Assembly (NCBI GenBank): GCA_965215005.1
Contig: CBDCCZ010000011.1
Coordinates: forward strand, 32,001-96,000
Direction: 5' to 3'
Length of the DNA stretch: 64,000 bases
Source of the DNA: Kofleriaceae bacterium
GTDB taxonomy: Bacteria; Myxococcota_A; Polyangia; Haliangiales; Haliangiaceae
Shown in pieces: positions 20,837-30,871 of the stretch. The position numbers and the translations under genes were made by a program. Under the pieces are notes generated by a model. That model saw only the letters and a program-made list of their open reading frames with translations, did no database searches and had not been told where the DNA came from. Numbering within the stretch: the first letter of the stretch is position 1; each line of letters begins with the position of its first letter.

Positions 20837-21547
20837 TCACGGCGTGATAGCGATCTCGCGGCCATCATCGGTTGTATAAATGTAGTAGTCAGCGCGATCA
20901 TCGCGCTCGCGCTGCGGCGGAACGTAGAGCATGTAACCTTGAGGTACGACCGGAGCTGGTACCCTCGTCCAGGCAGACGCTGCACCAGTGGGATAGGCCG
21001 CCGAGTCGAGCGGGGCGGCGCCGCGAGCGGCCTCGAGGGACTCGCTATCCGTGGCTCGGATGCTCGGCTCGGTTCCTACGCGATCGATCAGCTGCCCATT
21101 TGCGATACCAGGCTGAGTTCCCAGACGGTCATTGCCTTCTACGACGTTGGGCTCAGTGCCAACGCGGTCAAAGAGTTGTCCGTTTGCGACGCCCGGCGTG
21201 GCGCCGACGGGATCGAGCTGTCGCGCCACCCCCGGCTCACCGCCCATGCCGTTGACCCGCCCGTTCGCGACGCCTGGGGTAGCGCCTAACCGGTTATCTG
21301 CTGAGCCCGGGGCGTTGGTGGCACCTCGAGCGGCCGCACCAGCACCCGCTGTCGTCGCACTGGTCGCGCCGGTGGTGGCGCCAGCGCTCGGTGTCCCAAC
21401 GCCGGTCGCTGCGGGCGGCCGAGCCGCGGGCGTTGCTCCGCTCGTGCCGGTCGAGCCTGGGCTGGGGGCGCTCTGACAGCTCCCCGCGCACCCTGAAAGC
21501 GCGAGAGCCAGGGCCCCGAAGATTGCGGCATTTGCGGCTCGATTCAT
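20837..21547 (-). CDS. Low-complexity lipoprotein with three internal repeats of about 28 aa
   Basis: AGGAGG RBS; lipobox LSGC; repeats GATPGVANG / GTQPGIANG...DRVGTEP. Confidence 0.75.
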   Translation of the reverse strand: MNRAANAAIFGALALALSGCAGSCQSAPSPGSTGTSGATPAARPPAATGVGTPSAGATTGATSATTAGAGAAARGATNAPGSADNRLGATPGVANGRVNGMGGEPGVARQLDPVGATPGVANGQLFDRVGTEPNVVEGNDRLGTQPGIANGQLIDRVGTEPSIRATDSESLEAARGAAPLDSAAYPTGAASAWTRVPAPVVPQGYMLYVPPQRERDDRADYYIYTTDDGREIAITP

Positions 21548-21575
21548 GTCATTCCTCCTACGAGCCTCGTGGTAT

Positions 21576-21591
21576 TGCGAATGACATGCCA
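21576..21591 (-). promoter_or_regulatory. sigma54 promoter candidate
   Basis: Minus strand TGGCATGTCATTCGCA (GG-N10-GC) about 30 bp upstream of ATG 21547. Confidence 0.6.
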
Positions 21592-21619
21592 CCAGCCACG
21601 CTGGTGCCGTGACAGCCAG

Positions 21620-23656
21620 CTAAGGCTGCGGAACCAGGACTCGGCTACCGCGTGGCGGCATCGTCATGCGCAGTGTGGCGTCTGCGCTCACCGTGAAGGT
21701 TCCCCCGCCGCCGGGGCTCACGTCGAGCAGCACAGTTCCGGGCGAAAAGGACGTTCGCATGCACCCGCTGGGCAGCGAGCAAGTCTCACTGGGTGCGTCA
21801 GAGGCGTTGATTACCACGAGTAGCCGCTGCTCTTCGCTGCTGCGTTCGAAGGCAAAGATGCCATGGTCGGCCTCGCCGACGGCAGCATCGGTGGCCCAGC
21901 GAATGGTCACCTTGCCCCGACGCAGTGCCGTGAGCTCTTTGCGCATTTGAATGAGTGCTTGTACGTATGCGAAGAAGTCATGGCTGGTGTCAAAGGCTGA
22001 GAATCCCCGACGAGGATTCCCACGCCACAGATCTTCGCGATTGGCGGGATCGACACCGCCAGCGAACAGCTGCTCGGTACCATAGTAGAGGCAGGGAATG
22101 CCGTCCCAGGTCATCAAGAAGAAAAGCGCATTCTTCAGCGCTTCTACATCGTCTTTCTCGAATAGGAATCGCGGGAGGTCGTGATTATCGAGGAACGTCA
22201 CGAGCGTCTGCTGGGGCGCCAAGCCAGTACCGCCTTCTGCCGAGGCTGCATGCGGCTCCGACTCGTAGGTCGGGCCGCGAGGATAGCCGTTGTCGGCGCA
22301 CCAGGTATCCGGCGGCGCGATGCCCATACGTGAGTAGTAGAGACAAGCGAGGTTTTTCGTCGGCGCGTCATCCATGAAGACCGGGTTGATCCCGCGATAT
22401 TTTTGGCTGAAATAGAACACGCCATCAAAGCGCCCAAAGCGGCCTCGTTCGTCCTGTCCCGCCATCGTGTAAGCCCCGAGGAGCTCGTCGTTGCCGTCGA
22501 ACGCTTCGCCGAACATGAAGAAGTTGTGCTTGCCACGAGCGGCAGCGAACTCGCGGATCCGCGTGGTGAAGTCGCCCCAGAAGCCGCGTACGTTGGGGTT
22601 GATCTCCGGCCGATCGATATGCTTGGCGGTATCGATCCGAAAGCCGTCGAAGTCGGCAACCTCGATCCAATAGGCGAATATCCGAAAGAGTGCGTCTTGC
22701 ACGTCCGGATTGTCTGTATTGAGGTCCTTGAGGCCGCCGGGGAAGTCGCCGTATACTTCCTGTTCACGCACGAATTCGCGCGAGTAGGAACTCTCACGCC
22801 ACCACACATAGACCCGGCCGCGGCGGTTGTACCAAGCAGGATCATCAAACCAGGCTTTCTCACTGGGCCAATCGAACCAATCCGGCGGGCGCGGCGGCAC
22901 GACGCGGTTCTGTTCTGGCCAATTGGGAAATCGGATCGGTGCTGGGCCGGAGAATCCGAGGCTGGTCCATGCTTGGATACCGCGGGGGTCGTACTCGGGA
23001 TCCCACTCGATGATGCGCTCGAGGTAATCGGCGCCTTCGCGACAGTAGGTTTGCTCGTCTTCGCTGCACGCATTGGGCGTTTGATCGCAAATCTGCACGC
23101 ATGTATGGCTGCGACCGCCGCCCTGCAGCCAGTCATCCGGTTGGCCATTGCCGTTGATGTCGTAATAGAACAGCTGGCCAACGTGGTTGGTGACGACATC
23201 GAGCAGCACCAGCATTCCGCGGGCGTGGGCTTCATCCACCAACTCGCGCAGCTCAAGCAAGCTTCCAAAGTGAGGATTGGTGCGCAAAAAGTCTTGTGTC
23301 CAATATCCGTGATAGGAGGCGAAGCCGGCGTCCTCTTCGGTGTTCTTGACGACTGGACTGATCCATAGTGCGGTCACTCCCAACGCTTCGAGGTAGTCGA
23401 GCTGATCGATGATGCCCTGCCAATCACCTCCGTGATAGCGACCGGGTATCGAGGGCTCGACGTTGTAGTCGTTGTTGGGATTGCCGTTGGAAAACCTGTC
23501 TACGACGATCTGATAGATGACCTGGTCACGCCAGTCGACGTCCTGGTTCGCTTGCGCCGGTCTATCCTTGGGATGCTCTAGCTCAGTGGCGCCGCCGCAG
23601 GCCGCGGCAGCACCGGCAATGCATGCGAAGACAATGAAAAGATAGATGGGGCGCAT
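21620..23656 (-). CDS. GH13 alpha-amylase family lipoprotein
   Basis: YQIVVDRF, GGDWQG, YHGYW, DVVTNH, DGFRIDTAKH, GEAF, FLDNHD, YYGTEQ. Confidence 0.95.
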   Translation of the reverse strand: MRPIYLFIVFACIAGAAAACGGATELEHPKDRPAQANQDVDWRDQVIYQIVVDRFSNGNPNNDYNVEPSIPGRYHGGDWQGIIDQLDYLEALGVTALWISPVVKNTEEDAGFASYHGYWTQDFLRTNPHFGSLLELRELVDEAHARGMLVLLDVVTNHVGQLFYYDINGNGQPDDWLQGGGRSHTCVQICDQTPNACSEDEQTYCREGADYLERIIEWDPEYDPRGIQAWTSLGFSGPAPIRFPNWPEQNRVVPPRPPDWFDWPSEKAWFDDPAWYNRRGRVYVWWRESSYSREFVREQEVYGDFPGGLKDLNTDNPDVQDALFRIFAYWIEVADFDGFRIDTAKHIDRPEINPNVRGFWGDFTTRIREFAAARGKHNFFMFGEAFDGNDELLGAYTMAGQDERGRFGRFDGVFYFSQKYRGINPVFMDDAPTKNLACLYYSRMGIAPPDTWCADNGYPRGPTYESEPHAASAEGGTGLAPQQTLVTFLDNHDLPRFLFEKDDVEALKNALFFLMTWDGIPCLYYGTEQLFAGGVDPANREDLWRGNPRRGFSAFDTSHDFFAYVQALIQMRKELTALRRGKVTIRWATDAAVGEADHGIFAFERSSEEQRLLVVINASDAPSETCSLPSGCMRTSFSPGTVLLDVSPGGGGTFTVSADATLRMTMPPRGSRVLVPQP

Positions 23657-23665
23657 CGAAGTCTC

Positions 23666-25183
23666 CTAACGATAGGTAGAATTGAACCACCACTCAGCTT
23701 GCACGCCGAGGTAGTGCCTCCAGGTATCGAGTCGCCGGGGGTCGCCGAGTGGATAAAGGTCACGCGCGCCGTCGTTGAGATGAGCCGCACGGTAGACGAG
23801 ACGGAACTGTGGCCGCGCGTAGCCCCCTACTCCAAAGGGCGAATAAATCGCCATCGGCGCAACCTGCCACAACTTCGGGTCGAGCGCCACGCCCGCCGTA
23901 GACGAGAACCCGCGCGGAAACCTCGCTTGGTAACTCACATCCACAGCCGCGAGCCAGGTGGGTGTAATAGCCAGCTGCGGCCGCACGTCGAGGATGTACT
24001 CCCAGCCATCGTCGCGGTCGGTGGCGTCCGGATCGGCATCTTCGAACCGGCGTGAGTAGCCGCCCCAGAGCACGGAGAAGTGCGGCACCTCGAGATTTCC
24101 CGCGACTGCAAACATCAGCTCGGAAGCATCGGAGACCATCAACAGGGGACTTACATCCACTGGCGGCGCGAGCTCATCGAACGCGGCGAGACCACGTGAG
24201 TAGCGAGCAAACACATTTACGTGGCTGCGTCCCGGCGCAAATCCCCATGCACCCACTTGCGCGCCGACCGTCCAGCCGACCTCGCTCGGGAGAGATTCGA
24301 TCGTGTCGTCGGTGCGGAGCCGCTCTCCACTTGGCAGCGCCTGCACCTCCGCATACCCCTTCAGCTTGATCGCCGGTCCTTGTGCAGGTCCCCAAACTCG
24401 ATAGCTGGCCTTGGCGCTGCTCAGCAGTCGCTGGCGATCGAGCTGCGTGACCGTCGCCGAGCCGAGCTCCTGATCGGCGACGACTCGCTGTTGGAACTGA
24501 TACGGATCAAGCAGGCGATTGGCACCGACGTGAATGGCTGCATCGAGCCGGTTCTCGCGGAACCAGGCGCCGATTCCAACTGTGTTGAGATCGTCGAGCG
24601 GCCAGTAGTCCAATAGGTAGATATCGTCTCCGCGATACATGCGTGAGCCGATCCAGAGGCCAAGCCGATCTCGCACAGTTGCCTCGGCATATAGATTGCG
24701 CAGCGCCGGCTGTGCGGTGAACTCGCCGGTGTAGTGGAATAAAGAATTGGCAAACGCCAAGGTGACGACGGTTTGCACCGAGACGTCGCCGGGCGCGCGC
24801 ATCCGGTAGTAAAGGTCGAACTCGAGGTAGGTCGGCTTTGTGATGCGCGACCCATGTGCGACCACCTCGAGCTGCTGCGGCGTCGAGCCGCGCAGGTCAG
24901 TGGCTGCGTCGACTCGACCATACGAGCCGAAGCCAAACCCAAGTGGCGCCTGCGGCGTCGGGTCGAGCGACGTTGGGGCCGCCGCTGGCTCGGCAGCTCG
25001 CGCGGGCGCAGGCGCTGCGGGCGCAGGCGGCGCAGGCGGCGCAGGCGGCGCAGGCGGCGCAGGCGCGTCAGCCAACGGCATCGGCGGCAGCTGTTCCTCA
25101 GGCGGTTCCGCGCCGGGTTGGGCTATGGCAGGGCCAGCAGCTGCGGCCAAGCACAGCATCCAGATCACGGCGTTACGAGCCAT
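23666..25183 (-). CDS. Carbohydrate porin (LamB/maltoporin-like)
   Basis: FGSYGR, YLE, RNLYAE, WIGSRMYRGDDIYLLDYW, C-terminal GVQAEWWF; directly upstream of the amylase. Confidence 0.85.
   Translation of the reverse strand: MARNAVIWMLCLAAAAGPAIAQPGAEPPEEQLPPMPLADAPAPPAPPAPPAPPAPAAPAPARAAEPAAAPTSLDPTPQAPLGFGFGSYGRVDAATDLRGSTPQQLEVVAHGSRITKPTYLEFDLYYRMRAPGDVSVQTVVTLAFANSLFHYTGEFTAQPALRNLYAEATVRDRLGLWIGSRMYRGDDIYLLDYWPLDDLNTVGIGAWFRENRLDAAIHVGANRLLDPYQFQQRVVADQELGSATVTQLDRQRLLSSAKASYRVWGPAQGPAIKLKGYAEVQALPSGERLRTDDTIESLPSEVGWTVGAQVGAWGFAPGRSHVNVFARYSRGLAAFDELAPPVDVSPLLMVSDASELMFAVAGNLEVPHFSVLWGGYSRRFEDADPDATDRDDGWEYILDVRPQLAITPTWLAAVDVSYQARFPRGFSSTAGVALDPKLWQVAPMAIYSPFGVGGYARPQFRLVYRAAHLNDGARDLYPLGDPRRLDTWRHYLGVQAEWWFNSTYR
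25020..25064. repeat. 9-bp tandem repeat, 5 copies (encodes an Ala-Pro-Pro linker)
   Basis: (GGCGCAGGC)5 in the porin N-terminal region. Confidence 0.9.
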
Positions 25184-25469
25184 TCTGCAGCCTCGACAGC
25201 ATGATCCGTGCCTTCTCCCTACACCGCGAAGACCACAGCTCCTTTCTTCGAGCTCGCGCTGAGCAGCGTTGCATTCGGCAACGGTTCGGGCGCGCGGACG
25301 TCGAGCATAGCAACTGCGCTCTGCCGCCGCTGGTCAAGGTGCACGTTCAGGTCGCCAACGCTACGTTTGGCAACATTTGATGTGCTGCGTTGCGTCACGC
25401 GCCGCGGCTCGTGTGCGTGTTCCGCGCAAATCGTGCCCGCGCATTTGTCATCATCTTTCCCTACGGAGG

Positions 25470-27716
25470 CTAGTCGCTGACGTAGATGGCGGGTTCGCTA
25501 CTCGATTGGGCTTGAAGGTGGCCAACGATGGCGGCTTGTCGATATCCCGCGCGCTGAAGTGCCTCTAGGCAGGCGCGCACGCCTGCTGGCGGAATAGCGG
25601 CGAGCAACCCACCGGCGGTCTGGGGATCGAAAAGTAGTTGCCAATTGCGATGATGCGCAGCATGACGCGAGGTGCGAACCTGGGCCAGCAGAGCTGCATT
25701 GGCGGGTGCCAGAGAGCTGGTTATGCCCGCGGCGAGGACCTCGTTGGCGCCAGGGAGGGCTGGCAGTGTCTCGAGCGAGAGCGTTGCGTCTACTCCGCTG
25801 GCTCGGACCATCTCGAATAGGTGACCGAGTATTCCGAAGCCGGTCACGTCGGTGCTGGCGTTGACGTGGTGTCGACGGAACAAGCGCGCGGCCTCTGCAC
25901 TGGATTGCTCCATGGTGGCGACGGCGGCAGCGAGCCACCGCGCTTTGGCCAAACCGCGCATGGCTGCTGCGAGAACGGCGCCGGTCCCGAGCGGTTTGCA
26001 CAGAAGGAGCAGATCCCCGGCGCGGCCGCCACGCTTACGAACCACGTCGGCCAGCGCCACGTGCCCCATTACCGCGAAGCCAGCACTCAGCTCCGCACCC
26101 TCACTGGAGTGACCCCCAACGAGGATGGCACCTGCGGCGGTCAATGCGTCTTGCGCTCCCAACAGCACTTGCGCGAGGTCCTCCTCGATCTTGTCGTCAA
26201 GGGCGCGCGGCAAGATGATAGATGCAAGTGCCGTCTTAGGAGTGGCTCCCATAGCGTACACATCGCCCAGAGCATGATTGACGGCTATACGACCGAAGCG
26301 AAACGGATCATCGATCATGGCGCGGATATGATCGATGGAATGAACTTGTCCGTTGCCGTTGCCGCAGTCGATTACCGCGGCGTCGTCCCGCGCAGCGAGA
26401 TCAATCGGCACGTCGGCCGCTGGCTTTTGCAGACGCGCTAATGCTCTTTCGAGCACCGCTGGACCGATCTTGCTGCCACATCCTCCGCAGCGCGAAGGAT
26501 GGCGGTTAAGCGCCATCCGCTGGGCATCCGTGAGCAGTCTTGGCTCGACGGCTGCCAGTTCGACCTCGGGCATCGCCGGCAGGTCGGTATAGCCGCGGAC
26601 GAATCGCTGATCGATGAACTGCTTGAGGCGCCAAACCCACGCACCTTCCATTGTCATCGATCCACGCGACGCTACGGCATAGGCATCGCCGGTGCCTAGA
26701 ATGGCGAGCCAGCGTTTCTGAGGTCGAAATCGCCGCAGCGATTTTCGTAGCAGTGCCCGGCGCAGGTTTGCAGTCAGCGGCGGCCCTTGCCGCACCGCAA
26801 TCACACCAGCTTTAGGACGCGGATTGTCGACCATGCTCGCCACGTCACCGGCGGCGAATACGCTCGGGTGCGATAGCGAGCGCAAGTAGCTGTCTACGGC
26901 AACGAAGCCAGAGGGATCGGTGGCGAGCCCCGCTGCCGCAAGCCAAGGCGCCGCGGCGGCACCGGTGACCCAGAGAATGTCGTCAACGGCAACACGCTGG
27001 TGGTTTCGACAAACGAGCGAGTCTGGCTCGACGGCAATGACTCGATGATGCTCATAAAGCTCGACGCCGCGCTCCCTCAAGGCGCGACGGAGCCGGACGC
27101 GAAGATGGCGAGTGTGCTCCGGCAGGAGCTCGCCGGCGGTGACCAGCGCAACGCTGAGAAGCTGACGCCTGTCGCCAAGGAGCCCACGCATCCGATGCGC
27201 GGCGGCGAGGGCCAATTCGACGCCGCCGGCTCCACCGCCGACAACGCCTACTCGATAGGGCTTCTCGAGGTGAGGTAGCCGCTCCAGCAGCGCCTGCCAG
27301 CGCGACCAGAACGAATCGATTGGCTTGGCCGGGACCACGCGAGCCTCAGCGCCCGCAACGCCCATTGCTGGCGTCGCGCCGATGTCGATCGATAGGAGGT
27401 CGAAGGGGAGCGCTGGTCGATCGGCAAAGCAGACGCGCTTTTCGCCGAGCTTCAGGCCGTTTGCCTCCGCATGCACGAGCCGTGCTCCGGCGAAGTGCGC
27501 GAGCTTGGCGAGGTCGATATGCGCTTCATCGTACTCATAGTGACCAGCGATCAAACCCGGCAGCATCCCGGAATAGGGCGCGTGTAGGTCTCGGGTCACG
27601 AGAGTGAGGCGCAGGCCGGCGAGCGGGCGCATTCCGAAGTCACGAAGAACCGCTAGATGACTGTGGCCCCCACCGAGGAGAACGAGATCTTTGACCACCG
27701 GCGCCGCGGCACGCAT
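25470..27716 (-). CDS. selD: Selenide,water dikinase fused to an N-terminal FAD/NADH oxidoreductase domain
   Basis: GGGHSH, YSGMLPG, GGGAGGVE, FAAGD; then RCGGCGSK, DDAA, DVYAMG, GGHS, TDVTGFG, DPQTAGGLL. Confidence 0.92.
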   Translation of the reverse strand: MRAAAPVVKDLVLLGGGHSHLAVLRDFGMRPLAGLRLTLVTRDLHAPYSGMLPGLIAGHYEYDEAHIDLAKLAHFAGARLVHAEANGLKLGEKRVCFADRPALPFDLLSIDIGATPAMGVAGAEARVVPAKPIDSFWSRWQALLERLPHLEKPYRVGVVGGGAGGVELALAAAHRMRGLLGDRRQLLSVALVTAGELLPEHTRHLRVRLRRALRERGVELYEHHRVIAVEPDSLVCRNHQRVAVDDILWVTGAAAAPWLAAAGLATDPSGFVAVDSYLRSLSHPSVFAAGDVASMVDNPRPKAGVIAVRQGPPLTANLRRALLRKSLRRFRPQKRWLAILGTGDAYAVASRGSMTMEGAWVWRLKQFIDQRFVRGYTDLPAMPEVELAAVEPRLLTDAQRMALNRHPSRCGGCGSKIGPAVLERALARLQKPAADVPIDLAARDDAAVIDCGNGNGQVHSIDHIRAMIDDPFRFGRIAVNHALGDVYAMGATPKTALASIILPRALDDKIEEDLAQVLLGAQDALTAAGAILVGGHSSEGAELSAGFAVMGHVALADVVRKRGGRAGDLLLLCKPLGTGAVLAAAMRGLAKARWLAAAVATMEQSSAEAARLFRRHHVNASTDVTGFGILGHLFEMVRASGVDATLSLETLPALPGANEVLAAGITSSLAPANAALLAQVRTSRHAAHHRNWQLLFDPQTAGGLLAAIPPAGVRACLEALQRAGYRQAAIVGHLQAQSSSEPAIYVSD

Positions 27717-27818
27717 GCGCCAGCTTTGGCACGCGCGGCTGGCGATGACCAGGGCATCACGGCACGCATCGATCGAGTTGCCGTTGGAGAGCCATCAACG
27801 CGTCGCCGCCGCGCGAGC

Positions 27819-28204
27819 TCAGCGCGTTGCACGCTGCTTTGCAACAGCCGGTGCCAAGAAGGCGCGGTACGGCTTGGGCTCGAAGCGATGGTCGGGATAG
27901 ATCTCGTAGAGCCGCGAAGCCAGCTCGAGGTCGCGAATTGAGCCGCGGCTAACCTGCCAGGGAATCTCTTGGTGAGCGAGCACCTCGCGTATATCGCAGC
28001 TCATCAACTGGCGAACATCACGCCACCGCTCGGCATCGCCCCGAGTGCGGAATACATACTCTTACGGCCCGGCGGCGCATCGCCGCTCCAGACCACGTAG
28101 CCGCGATGATAGGTGTCGGTCACCGGCGCGAGACCATCGCAGTAGTCACAGACGTAGCTGACGAGGAGCAACGTCATAGGCCGATTGCAGTCAGGGCATT
28201 GCAT
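27819..28204 (-). pseudogene. Small Zn-ribbon protein split by a 1-bp deletion frameshift at about 28063
   Basis: MQCPDC...VCDYCDG...PPGR; the other frame continues stop-free as EYVFRTRGDAERWRDVRQL into MSCDIREV of ORF 27819..28007. Confidence 0.6.
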
Positions 28205-28315
28205 AAGGAGAGCGGCCTTCACAGAGGCTTGCTCTATCTAGGCTAGCGAGCCGCGCGCGCGGTGCAACTTCGCCGTTATCGAACCCCGGCCCCCCCTCCG
28301 CTCCCGTTGGCGCGC

Positions 28316-30280
28316 TCACTCACACGCGCCGATGCTGCAGTTGCAGGGGCCGTCGCAGGTGTTAACGACCTGTCGCTCGCGCAGGAATCGGTCGATCTGG
28401 CGAATCGCGGCCGGCTGCCGACGGATTGATGCGTGGGTGCCGTTCTCGGTGACGTTGCGGGCGTTGGTCGATGGCGGCATTGGAGTTGGTTCTTCATCGA
28501 ACACGACCAATGCCGACTCTAGAGGGCCTTCGAGGCTGCGCAGGCCCGCGGGAACCAGCACGGCCGGCTCGAGCACCGGTATCCCCATCACGCGTGCTTG
28601 CGCGGCGGTGGCGATGTTGGAGACGCGGCTGTCACCAAGGCCCATGTGCATGAGGACCTGCGTGCTGCGACTTCCCGGCAAGGGATTGTCCAGGATGCGC
28701 TTGCTGAGCCAGAGGTTTTCCACCCGATCGAACCCCAGCTGCAACAGCGATTCGATGATGACGGTATTGAGGGCGCCGCTGTAGGCGCCTGAAAGAATTA
28801 GCTGGAAGGTTGGCCAATTGGTCGAGCGCTCCATCAGCAAGCCCCAGTTGGAGCCACCAACCGACAAGATCGCTTGTGAGAAGAACGGATCGACTGCAAT
28901 GAGCGATGAGCCGAGAATGTGGCCTTGTGAAATCCCATAGAAGACCACTCGTTGCGGGTCGAGGAGCCGCTCGGTATCGATGGTGAGCTCGGGGGCCTGC
29001 CCGAGTGGGCCGCGAATCAGCTGCTCGAGCGTGATCTGATTGACGATGCCTTGAATGATCCGCTCGCCGAAGTTAATCAGCTTGCTGGCATCGCCCAACG
29101 CGAGAGCGGCGCCGGCCAAGGCATCTTCGGACATGCCAAACCAGTCGGTTGCAATCACCACCAGGCACAGCTCGTTTGCCATCTGGCGCAAGAAGTCACT
29201 ACCAGCTTCTCCCAGTGTAAGAAAGAAGCCGTGGCCGTACTGCAGCACCGGAACGGGCCGTTGGCTGGCTGCACACGCCGGCACCATCATATAAAGAGGT
29301 GCTTCCATGGTGCCTGCGACCACCACGTTGCCCGCAGCGTCACGAGCGAGCGCGCCATCGTCGGCAACGTCATCGACCACCTGCGGTGCCTCGAAGGTGC
29401 CCCAAAGGTGACGCAAGCCGGTGGTCTCTTCCACTTGCTCGCGGTCTATCGTGTAGCTCATCTCGCTGGCCAGGGTACCCATCGCCTCGAGAGCTGCGTC
29501 GCGTGCCTGCAGGAGATCGCGGGTGAGGAACGCCTCGGACGCGGTGGTGAAATCCCACGCCACGACCAGCTCCTCGGGGGAAATGCCTTCGGCGGCAAAC
29601 GCCGCGAAGATGGCCGCATAGCGGCCTCTCACCCCTTCGAGCCGCTCATGATTCGTGGCTCGCTCGTCGCGGATCGCGGCGAATCCGGCGGGAACGGCAA
29701 GCTCACCGCCGTCGGCCGCTTTGAGACTGGTTCGAATGCCAATCGCGTAGCGATGGTTGGCTGCAAGACCAGGCAGCGGCCGGATGTAGAGCGCCTGGCG
29801 GTCACGATCCCTCGTGGCGGTGGCGGCGTCTAGGGCATTGACGTCAACTTCAGCGAAATGCTCGACGCGTTTGCCTGTGGTCATGTCGATCATGACGGTC
29901 GTGCTTGCTGCGGTAAGGCTAGCGGCTGAGTTCTCGTGCGATACCAGCCCGGCGGTGTCGACACCTTCTTCGAAGACTGTGAAGGCAAAGCTTGCCGGCG
30001 AGAACCCATCGTGTTCGTTGAAGCGCACGGGATCGATGGGCACGCCATCGGCGTTGGTTGGTAGCGCGTCTGCTGGGATATCTAGACGCCAGCCGGTGAC
30101 CGTGGTGTCGTCTTTCGCTTCATAGATGGCGGATGGCCACGGGGTGATGCAGCCAACGCCTCCGAGCGGGTTGCACTCTGCAGGTGTCGAGACGGAATCG
30201 CCACTGCACCCTGTGATGCCCGCCGCGAAAACGATGACGAACGCGCTGCGCGCGCGCAACAATCGAATGGTCCCCCGCAT
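28316..30280 (-). CDS. Lipoprotein with alpha/beta-hydrolase-like C-terminal domain
   Basis: Lipobox ITGC; YGHG oxyanion-type segment; GISQG nucleophile elbow; late Asp (GDSRV) and His (NGTH). Confidence 0.75.
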   Translation of the reverse strand: MRGTIRLLRARSAFVIVFAAGITGCSGDSVSTPAECNPLGGVGCITPWPSAIYEAKDDTTVTGWRLDIPADALPTNADGVPIDPVRFNEHDGFSPASFAFTVFEEGVDTAGLVSHENSAASLTAASTTVMIDMTTGKRVEHFAEVDVNALDAATATRDRDRQALYIRPLPGLAANHRYAIGIRTSLKAADGGELAVPAGFAAIRDERATNHERLEGVRGRYAAIFAAFAAEGISPEELVVAWDFTTASEAFLTRDLLQARDAALEAMGTLASEMSYTIDREQVEETTGLRHLWGTFEAPQVVDDVADDGALARDAAGNVVVAGTMEAPLYMMVPACAASQRPVPVLQYGHGFFLTLGEAGSDFLRQMANELCLVVIATDWFGMSEDALAGAALALGDASKLINFGERIIQGIVNQITLEQLIRGPLGQAPELTIDTERLLDPQRVVFYGISQGHILGSSLIAVDPFFSQAILSVGGSNWGLLMERSTNWPTFQLILSGAYSGALNTVIIESLLQLGFDRVENLWLSKRILDNPLPGSRSTQVLMHMGLGDSRVSNIATAAQARVMGIPVLEPAVLVPAGLRSLEGPLESALVVFDEEPTPMPPSTNARNVTENGTHASIRRQPAAIRQIDRFLRERQVVNTCDGPCNCSIGACE

Positions 30281-30366
30281 ACGCGCATCATACACAAGCT
30301 GCGAAGGTGTGAGAGCAAACGTGCAGAGCTCCCTGCGCGCCGCCCCCCGCGTGTATCCTGTCGCGT

Positions 30367-30810
30367 ATGGCTAATTCAGTCGACAAGATCCCCAAGGGAT
30401 ACCACTCCGTCACGCCGTACCTCGTCTTGAGTGGCGGGTGCAGCAAGGCGCTCGAGCTCTATCGCGAAGCGTTTGGCGCCGAGGAGCTCATGCGGATGGA
30501 AATGGGCAGTGGAATCGGGCATGCCGAGGTCCGCATCGGCGATTCGATCATCATGATGGCCGATGCGGCGCCGCCCGAATGGCCTGCGACTTCCTCCCTC
30601 GTCATGCTTTACGTGGAGAACTGCGATGCGGTGTTCGAGCGGGCGGTCGCCGCTGGGTGCAGCGTGATGCAGCCCCTCGAAGACAAGTTCTACGGCGATC
30701 GCTCGGGCACGGTGCGCGATCCGCACGGACAGATGTGGTGCATCGCCACCCACATCGAAGACGTCTCTCCAGAGGAGATGGCGAAGCGCGCGCACAACGA
30801 GCCGCACTAA
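30367..30810 (+). CDS. VOC/PhnB-like glyoxalase family protein
   Basis: GYHSVTPYL, HAEVRIGDS, FYGDRSGTVRDPHG. Confidence 0.93.
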   Translation: MANSVDKIPKGYHSVTPYLVLSGGCSKALELYREAFGAEELMRMEMGSGIGHAEVRIGDSIIMMADAAPPEWPATSSLVMLYVENCDAVFERAVAAGCSVMQPLEDKFYGDRSGTVRDPHGQMWCIATHIEDVSPEEMAKRAHNEPH

Positions 30811-30871
30811 GCCCGTGACGCGGCGGCTAACCTGGCTCCCGAGCCGCGCGCGGCTCTGATAGGCTCATTGC

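Noticed and set aside
25020..25064. 9-bp repeat as a phase-variation switch
   Set aside because: The unit is a multiple of 3 and only changes the length of a Pro/Ala linker
25470..27716. Selenocysteine (UGA) in SelD or neighbouring genes
   Set aside because: SelD has Cys codons at the active site; I saw no in-frame TGA followed by continued domain sequence
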